This document shows, in pieces, positions 19,066-28,310 of a stretch of DNA of 64,000 bases; within the stretch, counting starts at the first letter, position 1; each line of letters starts with the position of its first letter. A model generated the notes under the pieces. It was not told the origin of the DNA. It did not search any database and saw nothing but the letters and a program-made list of their open reading frames with translations. The translations under genes and the position numbers were made by a program. Source of the DNA: an uncultured Phycisphaeraceae bacterium (lineage in GTDB: Bacteria; Planctomycetota; Phycisphaerae; Phycisphaerales; Zrk34); NCBI GenBank assembly GCA_942491355.1, contig CALOAZ010000099.1, positions 26,233 to 90,232 on the forward strand, read 5' to 3'.

Positions 19066-20304
19066 TCACTTCTTCGCTTCAATCCGCTTAATCGCTTCGT
19101 CAAAGGGACGACGATCCACCGGCACGCCGGCGGGAATATCGGTTTTGAGCTTTTTGATCTTCTCGATCGCTTCGTTCAGCTTGCCTTCTTCTTCGAGAGC
19201 GATGGCTTCATCGAAGCGGCGCGTGAGCGATTCGAGCAGCGGCTGATATTTTTTCTGTTGTTCGAGTGTGGCGAGGGTGTTCTTGAGGCGCTGTGGCTGC
19301 GCGGCTTCAGGGAGCTTCTTTTTGAGGACATTCAACTGCTCGAGGGCTTCGTCGATTTTGCCTTCGGCGGCCAGGGCTTCGGCGGCATCGATCGCCTTGT
19401 GCGTGACGCCCATTTCGGGCTGCGCCTTGAGTTTGGTTTCCACGCGACCGATTGCCTCTTCGAGACCCGGCGCATCGGCGCCCATCGGCAACGTGGATTT
19501 GGCTTTTTGAAGTTTGGTCAGAGCGCCGGCAAAATCGCCATCGTTTTCATCGCGCGTGGCCGCGGCGAGCAGGCGGTTCACTTCGGCCACGGCTTGATTC
19601 GAATCCTTCTGCTGGGCCTTCATCTTTTCGAGATGCGTGATGGATGTTTCGAGACCTGCGGCGCTGAATCCGTTCGGCAGATCCTTCTTGAGTTGATGCA
19701 GCTTGCTTAGCGCCGCATCGAAGCGCCCGGCGGCGGCATCGGTGCCTGCTGACGAAGCTCGCGTGCGCAATTCGGCGAGTACCTTCGGGTCGGCTCCCGG
19801 CGCGCCTTCGATCTTCACACCGAAAAAGGATGTTCCTGAACCGCCGCCTGACTTCGCACCGGATTTCGGATCATCGGGCGTGAGTGTGGCCTGGGGTTCT
19901 TCGTCAGCCGGTGCCAGCGCCGGTGCCGCGGTGGTCGAGAGACGACCGCCGCCGGTGTGTACCACGGTCACGCGGATTTTCTGACCCACTTCGAGTTTCT
20001 GCAGCGCGTCGAAAAAATCTTTGTTGGGACGACCACGCTCAAACACATCGCAGGCGAGAATCAGATCCATTGCGTGCTTGGGATCTTTGGCCTTGCTCTG
20101 GTCTTCCACTGCTTTCACATCCTGCACCAGGATGAAAAAAATCGGCCCCTTAAGATACATCAGCCGACCATCGAGCGTGGCGCGCAAGCCTTTGAGTTCG
20201 GGCGGCAGGGGATGGGGTGAAACGCGGTCGACGGCCTGAGCAGACATCGCCATCGTGAGCAATGCGATCAGGAATCCACACAGCGGGGCACGCAAAACAG
20301 GCAT
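19066..20304 (-). CDS. Secreted hypothetical protein with four C-terminal helical repeats of about 43 aa
   Basis: Signal peptide 'MPVLRAPLCGFLIALLTMAMSAQA' (start at the internal ATG 20304). The repeats are listed in the next feature. Confidence 0.7.
   Translation of the reverse strand: MPVLRAPLCGFLIALLTMAMSAQAVDRVSPHPLPPELKGLRATLDGRLMYLKGPIFFILVQDVKAVEDQSKAKDPKHAMDLILACDVFERGRPNKDFFDALQKLEVGQKIRVTVVHTGGGRLSTTAAPALAPADEEPQATLTPDDPKSGAKSGGGSGTSFFGVKIEGAPGADPKVLAELRTRASSAGTDAAAGRFDAALSKLHQLKKDLPNGFSAAGLETSITHLEKMKAQQKDSNQAVAEVNRLLAAATRDENDGDFAGALTKLQKAKSTLPMGADAPGLEEAIGRVETKLKAQPEMGVTHKAIDAAEALAAEGKIDEALEQLNVLKKKLPEAAQPQRLKNTLATLEQQKKYQPLLESLTRRFDEAIALEEEGKLNEAIEKIKKLKTDIPAGVPVDRRPFDEAIKRIEAKK
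19069..19737 (-). repeat. Protein-level tandem repeats (4 units, period about 60 aa including linkers)
   Basis: 'GRFDAALSKLHQLKKDLPNGFSAAGLETSITHLEKMKAQQK', 'GDFAGALTKLQKAKSTLPMGADAPGLEEAIGRVETKLKAQ', 'GKIDEALEQLNVLKKKLPEAAQPQRLKNTLATLEQQKKY', 'GKLNEAIEKIKKLKTDIPAGVPVDRRPFDEAIKRIEAKK'. Confidence 0.75.
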
Positions 20305-20442
20305 GTTCAATTCCGGGAAGACTGCGGCGAAGGCGTGGCAGTATAGACAAACCAAGCCATTTCATTGAGACGCCGCCATGGGGTCCGGGTTCCAGTGAGC
20401 CTACAATTTCTTCATTCGCAGCCACTTCGGAGTACCGATGCC

Positions 20443-20808
20443 ATGGATCTTTTTTATCACGCCAGCGATCCCGACAACAGCTTTGCCAACACGGCCGCCG
20501 GCATCGATGCGGCCGCGGCGCGCAATGCTGCACGGGAGGCAGCCACCGATACGGCTTTTCTGCGGCAGGAAGTCGATCGTCTGGCCCTCATCAGTGAAGC
20601 CCTGTGGCGATTGCTCAAAGAGCGCATGGGGTATCGGGACGATGAACTGATGGCCGAAATCGCCAGTCTGGATCTCGAGGATGGCGTGGCCGACGGTCGC
20701 AAAACCCGCGGGCCACGCACCTGCAAAGGCTGCAACAAAAAAAATGCGCGCCGGCACAACTGGTGCATCTATTGTGGCGCCACGTTGCGCACCACACCCT
20801 TTGATTGA
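20443..20808 (+). CDS. Small hypothetical protein with a C-terminal zinc ribbon
   Basis: 'MDLFYHASDP...' with 'CKGCNKKNARRHNWCIYCG' (CxxC-x10-CxxC). No other domain recognised. Confidence 0.55.
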   Translation: MDLFYHASDPDNSFANTAAGIDAAAARNAAREAATDTAFLRQEVDRLALISEALWRLLKERMGYRDDELMAEIASLDLEDGVADGRKTRGPRTCKGCNKKNARRHNWCIYCGATLRTTPFD

Positions 20809-20817
20809 GACCCGCCG

Positions 20818-21144
20818 ATGCATGCGGCCTTCTGGATCGGAATCTGCAATCTGTTGACCGCGATGGTGGTCCTTCTGCTGTCCATCCCGTTGTGGCGCGG
20901 CTGGATCGGGCCCAACCGCTGGTACGGTGTGCGCACACGAGCCAGCTTCGCCTCGCATTCGGCATGGGATCGGCTCAACCGGCTCGGTGGACGACTTCTG
21001 GCCCTCTGGTCGGTGCCTGTGGCCGTGACCGGCCTGATCGGCATGTGCCTGCTGCCACCCGAAAACACGCTCCTGCTCATGGTCCTGGCGCTCGCACCAG
21101 GGCTTTACACCATTCCGGCATTGCGTCTGTGGCGGTCTCAATAG
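20818..21144 (+). CDS. SdpI/YhfL-family small membrane protein
   Basis: 'IGPNRWYGVRTRASFASHSAWDRLNRLGG' matches the N..GxRT....S...W signature between TM helices. Confidence 0.65.
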   Translation: MHAAFWIGICNLLTAMVVLLLSIPLWRGWIGPNRWYGVRTRASFASHSAWDRLNRLGGRLLALWSVPVAVTGLIGMCLLPPENTLLLMVLALAPGLYTIPALRLWRSQ

Positions 21145-21282
21145 CTGGATTTCAGCCTATCCAATTGATACAAAAAGACTTAGAGCCGCAATCGAAAGGT
21201 TTGCCTCGATACGCCCGCAAGAGTATGATCTTGCCCTTTGTCGATCAGGGCAGCAGACGCAGCCCTCAGGTGAGGAATAATT

Positions 21283-21546
21283 ATGAAGGCTGACATCCAT
21301 CCCAAGTATCAATCGGTTGTCTTTGAAGACGCCAGCGCTGAATTCCGCTTCCTCACGAAGTCGACCATGACTTCCAAGGAAAAAACCAAGTGGGAAGACG
21401 GCAAGGAATATCCGCTGATCAAAGTGGACATCTCCGCCGCATCTCACCCGTACTACACCGGCAAGCAGAAGTTTGTCGATACCGCAGGTCGCGTGGAGAA
21501 ATTCACCAAGCGATTCGGCGGCAACTACTTCAACAAAGCCAAGTAG
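21283..21546 (+). CDS. rpmE2: 50S ribosomal protein L31, type B (no zinc-binding cysteines)
   Basis: '[16 protein letters not shown]...[24 protein letters not shown]'. No Cys residues, and the length of 87 aa is typical of type B. Confidence 0.9.
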   Translation: MKADIHPKYQSVVFEDASAEFRFLTKSTMTSKEKTKWEDGKEYPLIKVDISAASHPYYTGKQKFVDTAGRVEKFTKRFGGNYFNKAK

Positions 21547-21561
21547 CTTTTCGCACACCAC

Positions 21562-21593
21562 ACCGCGCGCTGTTTTGCAGCGCGCGGTTTTTT
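21562..21593 (+). terminator. Rho-independent terminator after rpmE2
   Basis: Perfect 11-bp stem ACCGCGCGCTG / CAGCGCGCGGT with a 5-nt loop, followed by a T-run (21588-21593). Confidence 0.85.
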
Positions 21594-21641
21594 CTTGCGC
21601 GCACGAATTTCTCTTTTGATCCCCGATTCCGAGTTCGGCCA

Positions 21642-22716
21642 GTGAGTGATGCCGCATTGCTTGGGCGCCTTGAGATCATGGCTGGTCAGTTCAGTGAACT
21701 GACCGCCGCGCTGTCTGATCCGCAGGTGCTGACCAACCATCAGAAAGTCACCGAGCTGTCGCGCAAACGAGCGGCCATCGAATCCATCTGCACCCGATAT
21801 CAGGATTATCAGCGCACGCGCGGGGAGATCGATGATGCCCACCAGATGCTGCGTGACGAGACCGATGTCGACATGCGCGCCATGGCCGAAGCCGAATTGC
21901 CTGAACTTGAAGACCGCGCCAGAAACCTGCTCGACACCATCAAGTCTGAACTGGTGACGTCGGATGATCGATCCATCGGATCGGTCATCCTCGAACTCCG
22001 TGCCGGCGTGGGGGGCGATGAAGCGGGGATCTGGGCCAATGATCTGCTGACCATGTACCAGCACTACGCGCAGGCCCAGGGCTGGAAGTGGGAACCCATG
22101 GATTTCAGCGGGGCTGAAATGGGGGGGCTACGCCAAGCCGTGGTGCGCCTTGAGGGTGAAGGCGTCTGGCAACGCCTGGGCTACGAGGGGGGTACCCATT
22201 GCGTGAAGCGCGTGCCGGTCACCGAATCGCAGGGACGCGTGCATACTTCCACGGCCACCGTGGCCGTGCTGCCCGAACCTGAATCGGTGGACATTCAAAT
22301 CGACGAATCGGATGTCAAAATTGATGTCACCACCGCGCGCGGCCCCGGAGGCCAGAATGTGAACAAGGTGGCCACAGCGGTCAAAATGTTTCACATCCCC
22401 ACGGGCATCGAAGTCCGCATGCAAGACACCAAAAGCCAGCATCAGAACCGCCAACTTGCCTGGCAATTGCTGCGCCCGCGTGTGGGAACATCACCAGAAG
22501 CAAGTGGAAGCCGAACGGGCTGAAAAAAGATCGAAGATGATCGGTTCGGCCGAACGCGGTGAACGCATCCGCACGTATCGTTATAAAGAGAATCTGGCGG
22601 TCGATCATCGCGTGGGGCAGTCATTCAACCTGCAGGAAATTCTTGCCGGTCATCTGGATGACTTGGTCAACGCCCTGATTGAACGCGACACCGCTGAACG
22701 ACTCGCTTCACTGTAA
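21642..22716 (+). CDS. prfA: Peptide chain release factor 1, with a reading-frame break near 22470-22479
   Basis: 'VTESQGRVHTSTATVAVLPE' (RF1 PxT-type tripeptide region) and 'GPGGQNVNKV' (GGQ). Frame 1 ends in nonsense after 'NRQLAWQLLR'. ORF 22456..22716 in the next frame continues 'ARVWEHHQKQVEAERAEKRSKMIGSAERGERIRTYRYKENLAVDHRVGQSF...'. GTG start at 21642. Confidence 0.88.
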
Positions 22717-22721
22717 ACGTC

Positions 22722-24005
22722 ATGCACACGCGCTCCGTCATTCCGAATCTGCTTATCACGGCGATCGTCTTCGCCGTATCCCACAATGCGGTGCGCGCCC
22801 AGACACCTGAACAACTCATCGCCGGTTATGTGAATCACGAACCGGCGATTTTTTATCAACACCGTCTGGCGCGCCTCGCCGAAGCCATCAAAAAGCAGCC
22901 CGAAGATATTCCGCTGCATCTGGATGCCGCCGAAACCTGCGATCGACTTGCCGATCATGACAAGGCCATCGCCTATGCCCAGCGCGCCTGGAAGCTGCTG
23001 TCGCGTCAGAAGGAAGAAGCCGCGAAGATCGCGCCGCTGCAACATCGTGCCTACGAACGACTCGGCACATCGCACGTGCGCCGATGGCTGGCGCAGGGCG
23101 CCGATCGCCAGAAACTTCAGGATCTGAAACTCGCGCACAACTATTTTGAAAAAGCCGCCGAAGTCCATGGTGATGCGCCGTCCACACCGTACATGCTCGC
23201 ATGGGTCGACTGGTTGATCACGCCGCCAAGCTGGAAGCCCAAAGACAAACATTCGCCTTTCAGTCTGGCCACGCGCGTACCGACCTTTTTGAAACTGGAT
23301 CCGGCGCAGGTTGATCTCTCGAAGCTCGATACGGGCGCTTCGCTTGCCGAACTGGGGCATGCCGAAGCACTGACCGCAATTGCGGCCATGATCGAATCCG
23401 GCCTTCTGCCTGAAGTGGATGGCTTTCATGTGCTGAGTCTGCTGCTGCATATCGAAGGCCGATACAACCTGGCCTACGATGCGCGACTGCGCGCGATCGA
23501 ACGCATCGACGCCGGACAATTCTCACAGCATCCGGCCGCGCCGCGTGACAAAACATTACTCGACCATCTGGGCACCACGTTGCAGCCATCGGCGCAAACG
23601 GCGCATCTGGCCAAGGCTTATCCTCTGATTCGACAGGCCGCCGACACATGGCGCACCGACCGGCACACTTATGTGGAACACGCGGTGAAAGCCGGATTAC
23701 ATCCAGACACCGATTCCGGTTTCTGGGTGCCGTTCTGGTTCGATCGCGAAGATCGTGCCGGAGATTATGCCGCCGTCATCCGCCACGTGCGCCGGGATGA
23801 AAAACGCAAAAACAGCAAAGCCACCGAAGCCGAACTGCGACAAGCCGCACTGGCGCGGCTCATCGACATGACGCGCCGACCCAGCCGCGCGCCGGATGTG
23901 CCGCCCGGTGATCCGGCCGAGCCGATCGATCGGATCGATGCGCCGGCCCTCATCCGCGCCGCCGAAGAAACCGCCAAAAAGAGCGCGGCCCCGAACGGAA
24001 ACTGA
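22722..24005 (+). CDS. Secreted hypothetical protein (helical, TPR-like N-terminal part)
   Basis: Signal peptide 'MHTRSVIPNLLITAIVFAVSHNAVRAQ'. Long uninterrupted ORF starting 6 nt after prfA. No specific domain recognised. Confidence 0.6.
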   Translation: MHTRSVIPNLLITAIVFAVSHNAVRAQTPEQLIAGYVNHEPAIFYQHRLARLAEAIKKQPEDIPLHLDAAETCDRLADHDKAIAYAQRAWKLLSRQKEEAAKIAPLQHRAYERLGTSHVRRWLAQGADRQKLQDLKLAHNYFEKAAEVHGDAPSTPYMLAWVDWLITPPSWKPKDKHSPFSLATRVPTFLKLDPAQVDLSKLDTGASLAELGHAEALTAIAAMIESGLLPEVDGFHVLSLLLHIEGRYNLAYDARLRAIERIDAGQFSQHPAAPRDKTLLDHLGTTLQPSAQTAHLAKAYPLIRQAADTWRTDRHTYVEHAVKAGLHPDTDSGFWVPFWFDREDRAGDYAAVIRHVRRDEKRKNSKATEAELRQAALARLIDMTRRPSRAPDVPPGDPAEPIDRIDAPALIRAAEETAKKSAAPNGN

Positions 24006-24179
24006 TCCGTCTCGCGCATAAATCCTTCAAAACAGCCCACCACAGACTGCTGCAGTGCCAGATGATTGTCACCGGCGGGGCCTTTCGAGCCGTCGCCGAA
24101 CAGTACACTTGGCTTCTTCGCTCGAATCCATGAAAAACGTGGATGTCGATTTCACTGCACGCCATCTGGAGTCGCTTTC

Positions 24180-24659
24180 ATGGATCTCAACGCCATCCCA
24201 AAAACATTCTGGCATTCCATCAGTCTGGCGATTCTCGTCACAACCTTCGGACTGGTGCTGATCGCATATCGATCGGGCGAAGTCTCCATCGATTTTGCCA
24301 GCAAAACAGTTCAAATCTCCAATGCGCAAGCTGATTTGTACAACACTTTGGATAAAGTCAAAGTGGCTGCGGCCGAATTGCAAACCCGGAACGATCTGCT
24401 CGAACAGCAGAAAGAGGAACTCGAAAAGCGCGTGAGTGAATTGGAATCACAAGCCAAGGCACTGGCCAGTCGTCCGAATTCATCACGTGATACGGCTGAA
24501 TTCAACAAGGCTCTTGCCGATCTCCGACATCAGACACGCGTGCAAAAGACGCCGGCAACATCCTCGCGACCACCGCTGGATGACACATTGAAAGATGCCC
24601 AGCTATCTCTGGATCGCGTGCGCCTGCAGGTTCAGCAGATTCAACCCGTAACGCGCTGA
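24180..24659 (+). CDS. Membrane-anchored coiled-coil hypothetical protein
   Basis: 'FWHSISLAILVTTFGLVLIAY' TM segment, then heptad-like 'LDKVKVAAAELQTRNDLLEQQKEELEKRVSELESQAKAL'. Confidence 0.5.
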   Translation: MDLNAIPKTFWHSISLAILVTTFGLVLIAYRSGEVSIDFASKTVQISNAQADLYNTLDKVKVAAAELQTRNDLLEQQKEELEKRVSELESQAKALASRPNSSRDTAEFNKALADLRHQTRVQKTPATSSRPPLDDTLKDAQLSLDRVRLQVQQIQPVTR

Positions 24660-24699
24660 CAGAAACAAGACCGGGTCAGTCTCATTCGGGGCAGACCCT

Positions 24700-25746
24700 T
24701 TACGCGCCTTGCGTCACGGCCACGAGTGTTTTGAGTACTTGCGCAGCCTGACCTGAATCAATGGCGTTGCCGGCCTGGATCAATCCTGTTTTCAGATCGG
24801 GCGCCTGACCTGCCACCACGAGTGCCGCCGCAGCGTTGAGACATGCGATATCGCGCGCGGGGCCTGTGGCACCTTGCAGCACTTGTTGAATCAAAGCGGC
24901 CGAGGCTTCAACGCCATCGACACGCAGCGTATCGATCGAGGCTCGCTGCAAACCCAGAGATTCGGGATCGACCTGCGTGGTGACGGTCTTGCCGTCGTGC
25001 CACGTGGTGATGCGTGTCGGTCCGGTGATGGTGATCTCATCGAGACCACCGCCGTCAAAAGTGCCGTGTACCACCATGGCGTGTTCGGCACCGAGCGAGC
25101 CGAGTACGCGGGCCATGGGTTCGGTGAGATCAGGATCGTAAACCCCCATCACCTGACGCCGCGCGCCGGCAGGATTCGTCAATGGACCGAGCAGATTGAA
25201 GATCGTGCGGAAACCCAGTTCGCGGCGCGGTCCGATCGCATGTTTCATCGCCGGGTGATGCGTCGGTGCAAAACAAAAACACAGACCCGCCTGCTCGAGG
25301 CATCGCACCAGCGTGGTGCCGTCCACATTCAATTGCACGCCCAGTGATTCGAGTACCTGGGATGATCCTGAATTCGAAGTCACCGAACGATTACCATGCT
25401 TGGCCACTTTCGCGCCGGCGCCTGCGGCGATCAGCGCCGCCACCGTCGACACGTTGAACGTGCCCGAGGCATCGCCCCCGGTGCCGCAGGTATCGATGAC
25501 CGTCATGCCGGCGGGCACCGGCACCGCCGTAGCATGGCGACGCATCGCGCGGGCCGCGCCGACAATCTCATCCACCGTGGGGCCACCGGGGCGCACGCGC
25601 AGCGCTGTAAGCAATGCGCCCACCTGCGCCGGCGTGGCTTTGCCGGCCATCACGATTTCAAAGGCGTGATCGGCCTGCGCTTCATCCAGGATTTCACCCC
25701 GGGCGAGCGATGCGAGTGTCGGTTGCAATGCGGCGAAGTCATCCAT
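24700..25746 (-). CDS. trpD: Anthranilate phosphoribosyltransferase
   Basis: 'GKATPAQVGALLTALRVRP', 'IDTCGTGGD', 'KHGNRSVTSNSGSSQVLE'. Start at the internal ATG 25746 ('MDDFAALQ'). Confidence 0.9.
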   Translation of the reverse strand: MDDFAALQPTLASLARGEILDEAQADHAFEIVMAGKATPAQVGALLTALRVRPGGPTVDEIVGAARAMRRHATAVPVPAGMTVIDTCGTGGDASGTFNVSTVAALIAAGAGAKVAKHGNRSVTSNSGSSQVLESLGVQLNVDGTTLVRCLEQAGLCFCFAPTHHPAMKHAIGPRRELGFRTIFNLLGPLTNPAGARRQVMGVYDPDLTEPMARVLGSLGAEHAMVVHGTFDGGGLDEITITGPTRITTWHDGKTVTTQVDPESLGLQRASIDTLRVDGVEASAALIQQVLQGATGPARDIACLNAAAALVVAGQAPDLKTGLIQAGNAIDSGQAAQVLKTLVAVTQGA

Positions 25747-25950
25747 CGGCGGCCAAGTGTACCGCAAGTGCATGGTGGTTAGAGGGTGTGATGGATTTGA
25801 GCCGCCGTGAAGCGCAGGATATCCGGCTTCTGCCATCGTGTCGGGAGGCGGAGGCGGCCCCACAGTGGGCCGCTGAGTACTCACGACCAAGGCAGAAGCC
25901 CGATATCGCCGCTGTCACAAGAGCGAAAGTTCATAACACCCTCTAGAATC

Positions 25951-27250
25951 ATGGCCATCATGCCGTACGATTTTGCGGATCTTCCTTTTTTTGCCGTGTT
26001 GCCGGTACTGCTTGTGGGTTCGGGTTTTTTCAGCGGTTCTGAAACCGCGCATCTTCGGCCTGGGCACACAACAGCGTCTGAGATTGCAGCATGCCGGCGG
26101 CATGACCGCCCGGGCGGTCGATGCGCTGCTGGCCGACCAGAGTTCGCTGCTGGTCACGCTGATGCTCGGCAACATGATGATGAACGTCGGCTATTTCGTC
26201 GTCACCTCGGCGCTGCTGCTGCAACTGGATCCAAAAACCGTACATCCGGCGTGGATCATCGGTGTCACGTTTGTGCCGCTGCTGATCATCATCCTTTTCG
26301 GTGAAGTGCTGCCCAAACTCGTCGCCAATACGGCGCCGGTCGGCTGGGTGCGCGTGGCCATCGTGCCGTTGTACGCCGCACACCGCGTGGTGGCTCCGAT
26401 GGGTCTGTTCATGAGCCGATGGTTCGTCAGCCCGATGGTGCGTCTGCTGGCACCACGTCGCTCGCATGGTGCATTGTCCACCGATGAATTGCAGGCCCTG
26501 GTCGAAATGAGTCAGCATCACGGTGTGATCGCCGCCGAAGAACATGAGTTGCTCGAAGAAATCATCGCGCTGGGCGATCTGAAAGTGCGCGATGTCATGG
26601 TGCCGCGCGTCGACATCGAATCATTCGATCTGGCGCAACCGGCGGCGGCGCTGCGCACACTCATCGAGAAAACCGGTCGCCCGAAAATACTCGCCTGCCA
26701 TCGCGACATCGACCATGTGGCCGGCGTGATCCAAGCCCGGCAATTTCTGCTTGAATTCCGCCTGAATCCGACCGTCATGCCGCACACGACGGTCTTGCCG
26801 GTGCGCTTCGTGCCCGAGCTGCAGCGCGTCGACGCGCTTCTTGAAGATTTCCGAAACACCGGCACGCACATGGCAGTGGTCGTGGATGAATACGGCGGCA
26901 CCGCCGGCCTGGTCACGCTCAAGGATGTGGTTGAACAGATGCTCGGTGATCTCGATATGGATGGCGCGCCCGGTGAAACACCCGAAACCACCACGCAGCG
27001 CATCAGCACCGGCGTGTGGCGCGTCAGCGGCCGCTTGAGCGTACACGACTGGGCCGATGCCTTCGGCGCGGAACGCTTGCCGCCGCGCATCTCCACTGTC
27101 GGCGGCCTGGTCATGACGCTGCTGGGCCATGTGCCCAAAACAGGCGATCGCGCCCAACTGGCCAACCTGGAACTCGAAGTTGAACACGCCGAAGCCGGCC
27201 GTGTTGAATCGGTGATCCTACGGCTCCTTCACGAGGAGTCTGCACCATGA
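25951..27250 (+). CDS. CNNM/CorC-HlyC-family transporter (DUF21 + CBS pair + CorC_HlyC), frame break near 26047-26051
   Basis: ATG at 25951 gives 'MAIMPYDFADLPFFAVLPVLLVGSGFFSGSETA' (DUF21 start). The protein continues in the next frame as 'IFGLGTQQRLRLQ...LVTLMLGNMMMNV...LFGEVLPK'. C-terminal 'VVDEYGGTAGLVTLKDVVEQMLGD'. Confidence 0.8.
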
Positions 27251-28245
27251 CCGGTTTTGAAGTTTTCATCTGGTACTTCATCGCGGCATGCGGCCTGATC
27301 GGCCTCGGCGCGTTCAGCGGTATCGAAACCGGCATCTACACTTTGAACCGCGTGCGTCTGCATGTGCTGGCGCATGATCCGCGTTCGAATGCCGCCATCA
27401 TGCAGCGCCTGATTGCACGCCCCAACCGCCTGCTCGGCACACTGCTGGTGGGCAACAACATCGCCAATTATGCGGCATCGCTCGCCATTGGTGCCTTGCT
27501 ACAGGATGCCGGCTTCATCAACTGGCAACAGATCGCCATCAGCGCCACGGTCCTCACGCCGCTGCTTTTCGTTTTCGGTGAAGTGCTGCCCAAGGATTTG
27601 TTTCGCAACCACGCCGACGGCTTGACCATTCCCCTCGCGCGGCCGATTGCCGTACTCTCGCGTCTGCTGACCTGGTGCGGCGTGTTGCCGATGATCGGCT
27701 GGGTCTCGGCCACGTTGCGTCGCCTGCTTGGGGCCGGTGAAATCCAATCGGCCATGCTGCATCCGCGCCGCATCATGTCGCATCTGCTGCGCGAAGGTGC
27801 CGGCCACGGCGTGATCAGCTCATCCCAATCGGACATCATCGAACGCGCGCTGCGCGTGAACCGTCAGACCGTGCAGGAAGTCATGGTGCCATGGCGCCAA
27901 GCCGTCGTGGCTCGCACCTCTCAACCACTCGAAGCCCTCTGGGCACTGGCCGGGCGGGTGACTTTCTCGCGTGTGCCATTGGTCGATGCGGCAGGCCAAC
28001 CCGTGGGCGTACTGGAACTGTTCGATATTCTGCGGCGCGATCCGGCCACGCTCGGCTCAGTCGAACAATCCGCACATCCGATGATCGAGCTGCCGCCGAC
28101 CACCCGTCTGCCCGAAGCACTGCGCCGCCTGCAGGCCTACCGCCAGTCGATGGCGCTGATCCGCACACCCGGTGGCGAGCCCATGGGGCTGGTCACCATC
28201 AAAAATCTGGTGGAGCCGATCGTCGGCCAATTGGGCGATTGGTAA
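27247..28245 (+). CDS. Second CNNM-family protein (DUF21 + CBS pair, no CorC_HlyC tail)
   Basis: 'GAFSGIETGIYTLNRVRL', 'LLGTLLVGNNIANY', 'VFGEVLPKDLF', CBS-like 'VQEVMVPW'. ATGA overlap with the upstream paralog. Confidence 0.8.
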   Translation: MTGFEVFIWYFIAACGLIGLGAFSGIETGIYTLNRVRLHVLAHDPRSNAAIMQRLIARPNRLLGTLLVGNNIANYAASLAIGALLQDAGFINWQQIAISATVLTPLLFVFGEVLPKDLFRNHADGLTIPLARPIAVLSRLLTWCGVLPMIGWVSATLRRLLGAGEIQSAMLHPRRIMSHLLREGAGHGVISSSQSDIIERALRVNRQTVQEVMVPWRQAVVARTSQPLEALWALAGRVTFSRVPLVDAAGQPVGVLELFDILRRDPATLGSVEQSAHPMIELPPTTRLPEALRRLQAYRQSMALIRTPGGEPMGLVTIKNLVEPIVGQLGDW

Positions 28246-28310
28246 GACCTCCGCATGTCATTACTTCCGGGGATTGGCCCTCCTGATGCGGGGCGCTTAT
28301 TCTTTGAGCC

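Noticed and set aside
21390-21641. The long 5' extension of the prfA ORF, which overlaps the rpmE2 coding region and its terminator.
   Set aside because: The extension reads through the rpmE2 3' end and a perfect terminator hairpin. RF1 homology begins only at the GTG at 21642.
22456-22490. Possible programmed +1 frameshift, as in prfB.
   Set aside because: The protein is RF1-type, not RF2. The site is near the C-terminus and has no in-frame stop plus SD arrangement. Four other unrelated conserved genes show similar single breaks, so indel error is the simpler explanation.
24660-24700. Possible bidirectional terminator between the coiled-coil gene and trpD (GGGTCAGTC...GGCAGACCC).
   Set aside because: The stem is short and mismatched, and there is no clear U-tract on either strand.
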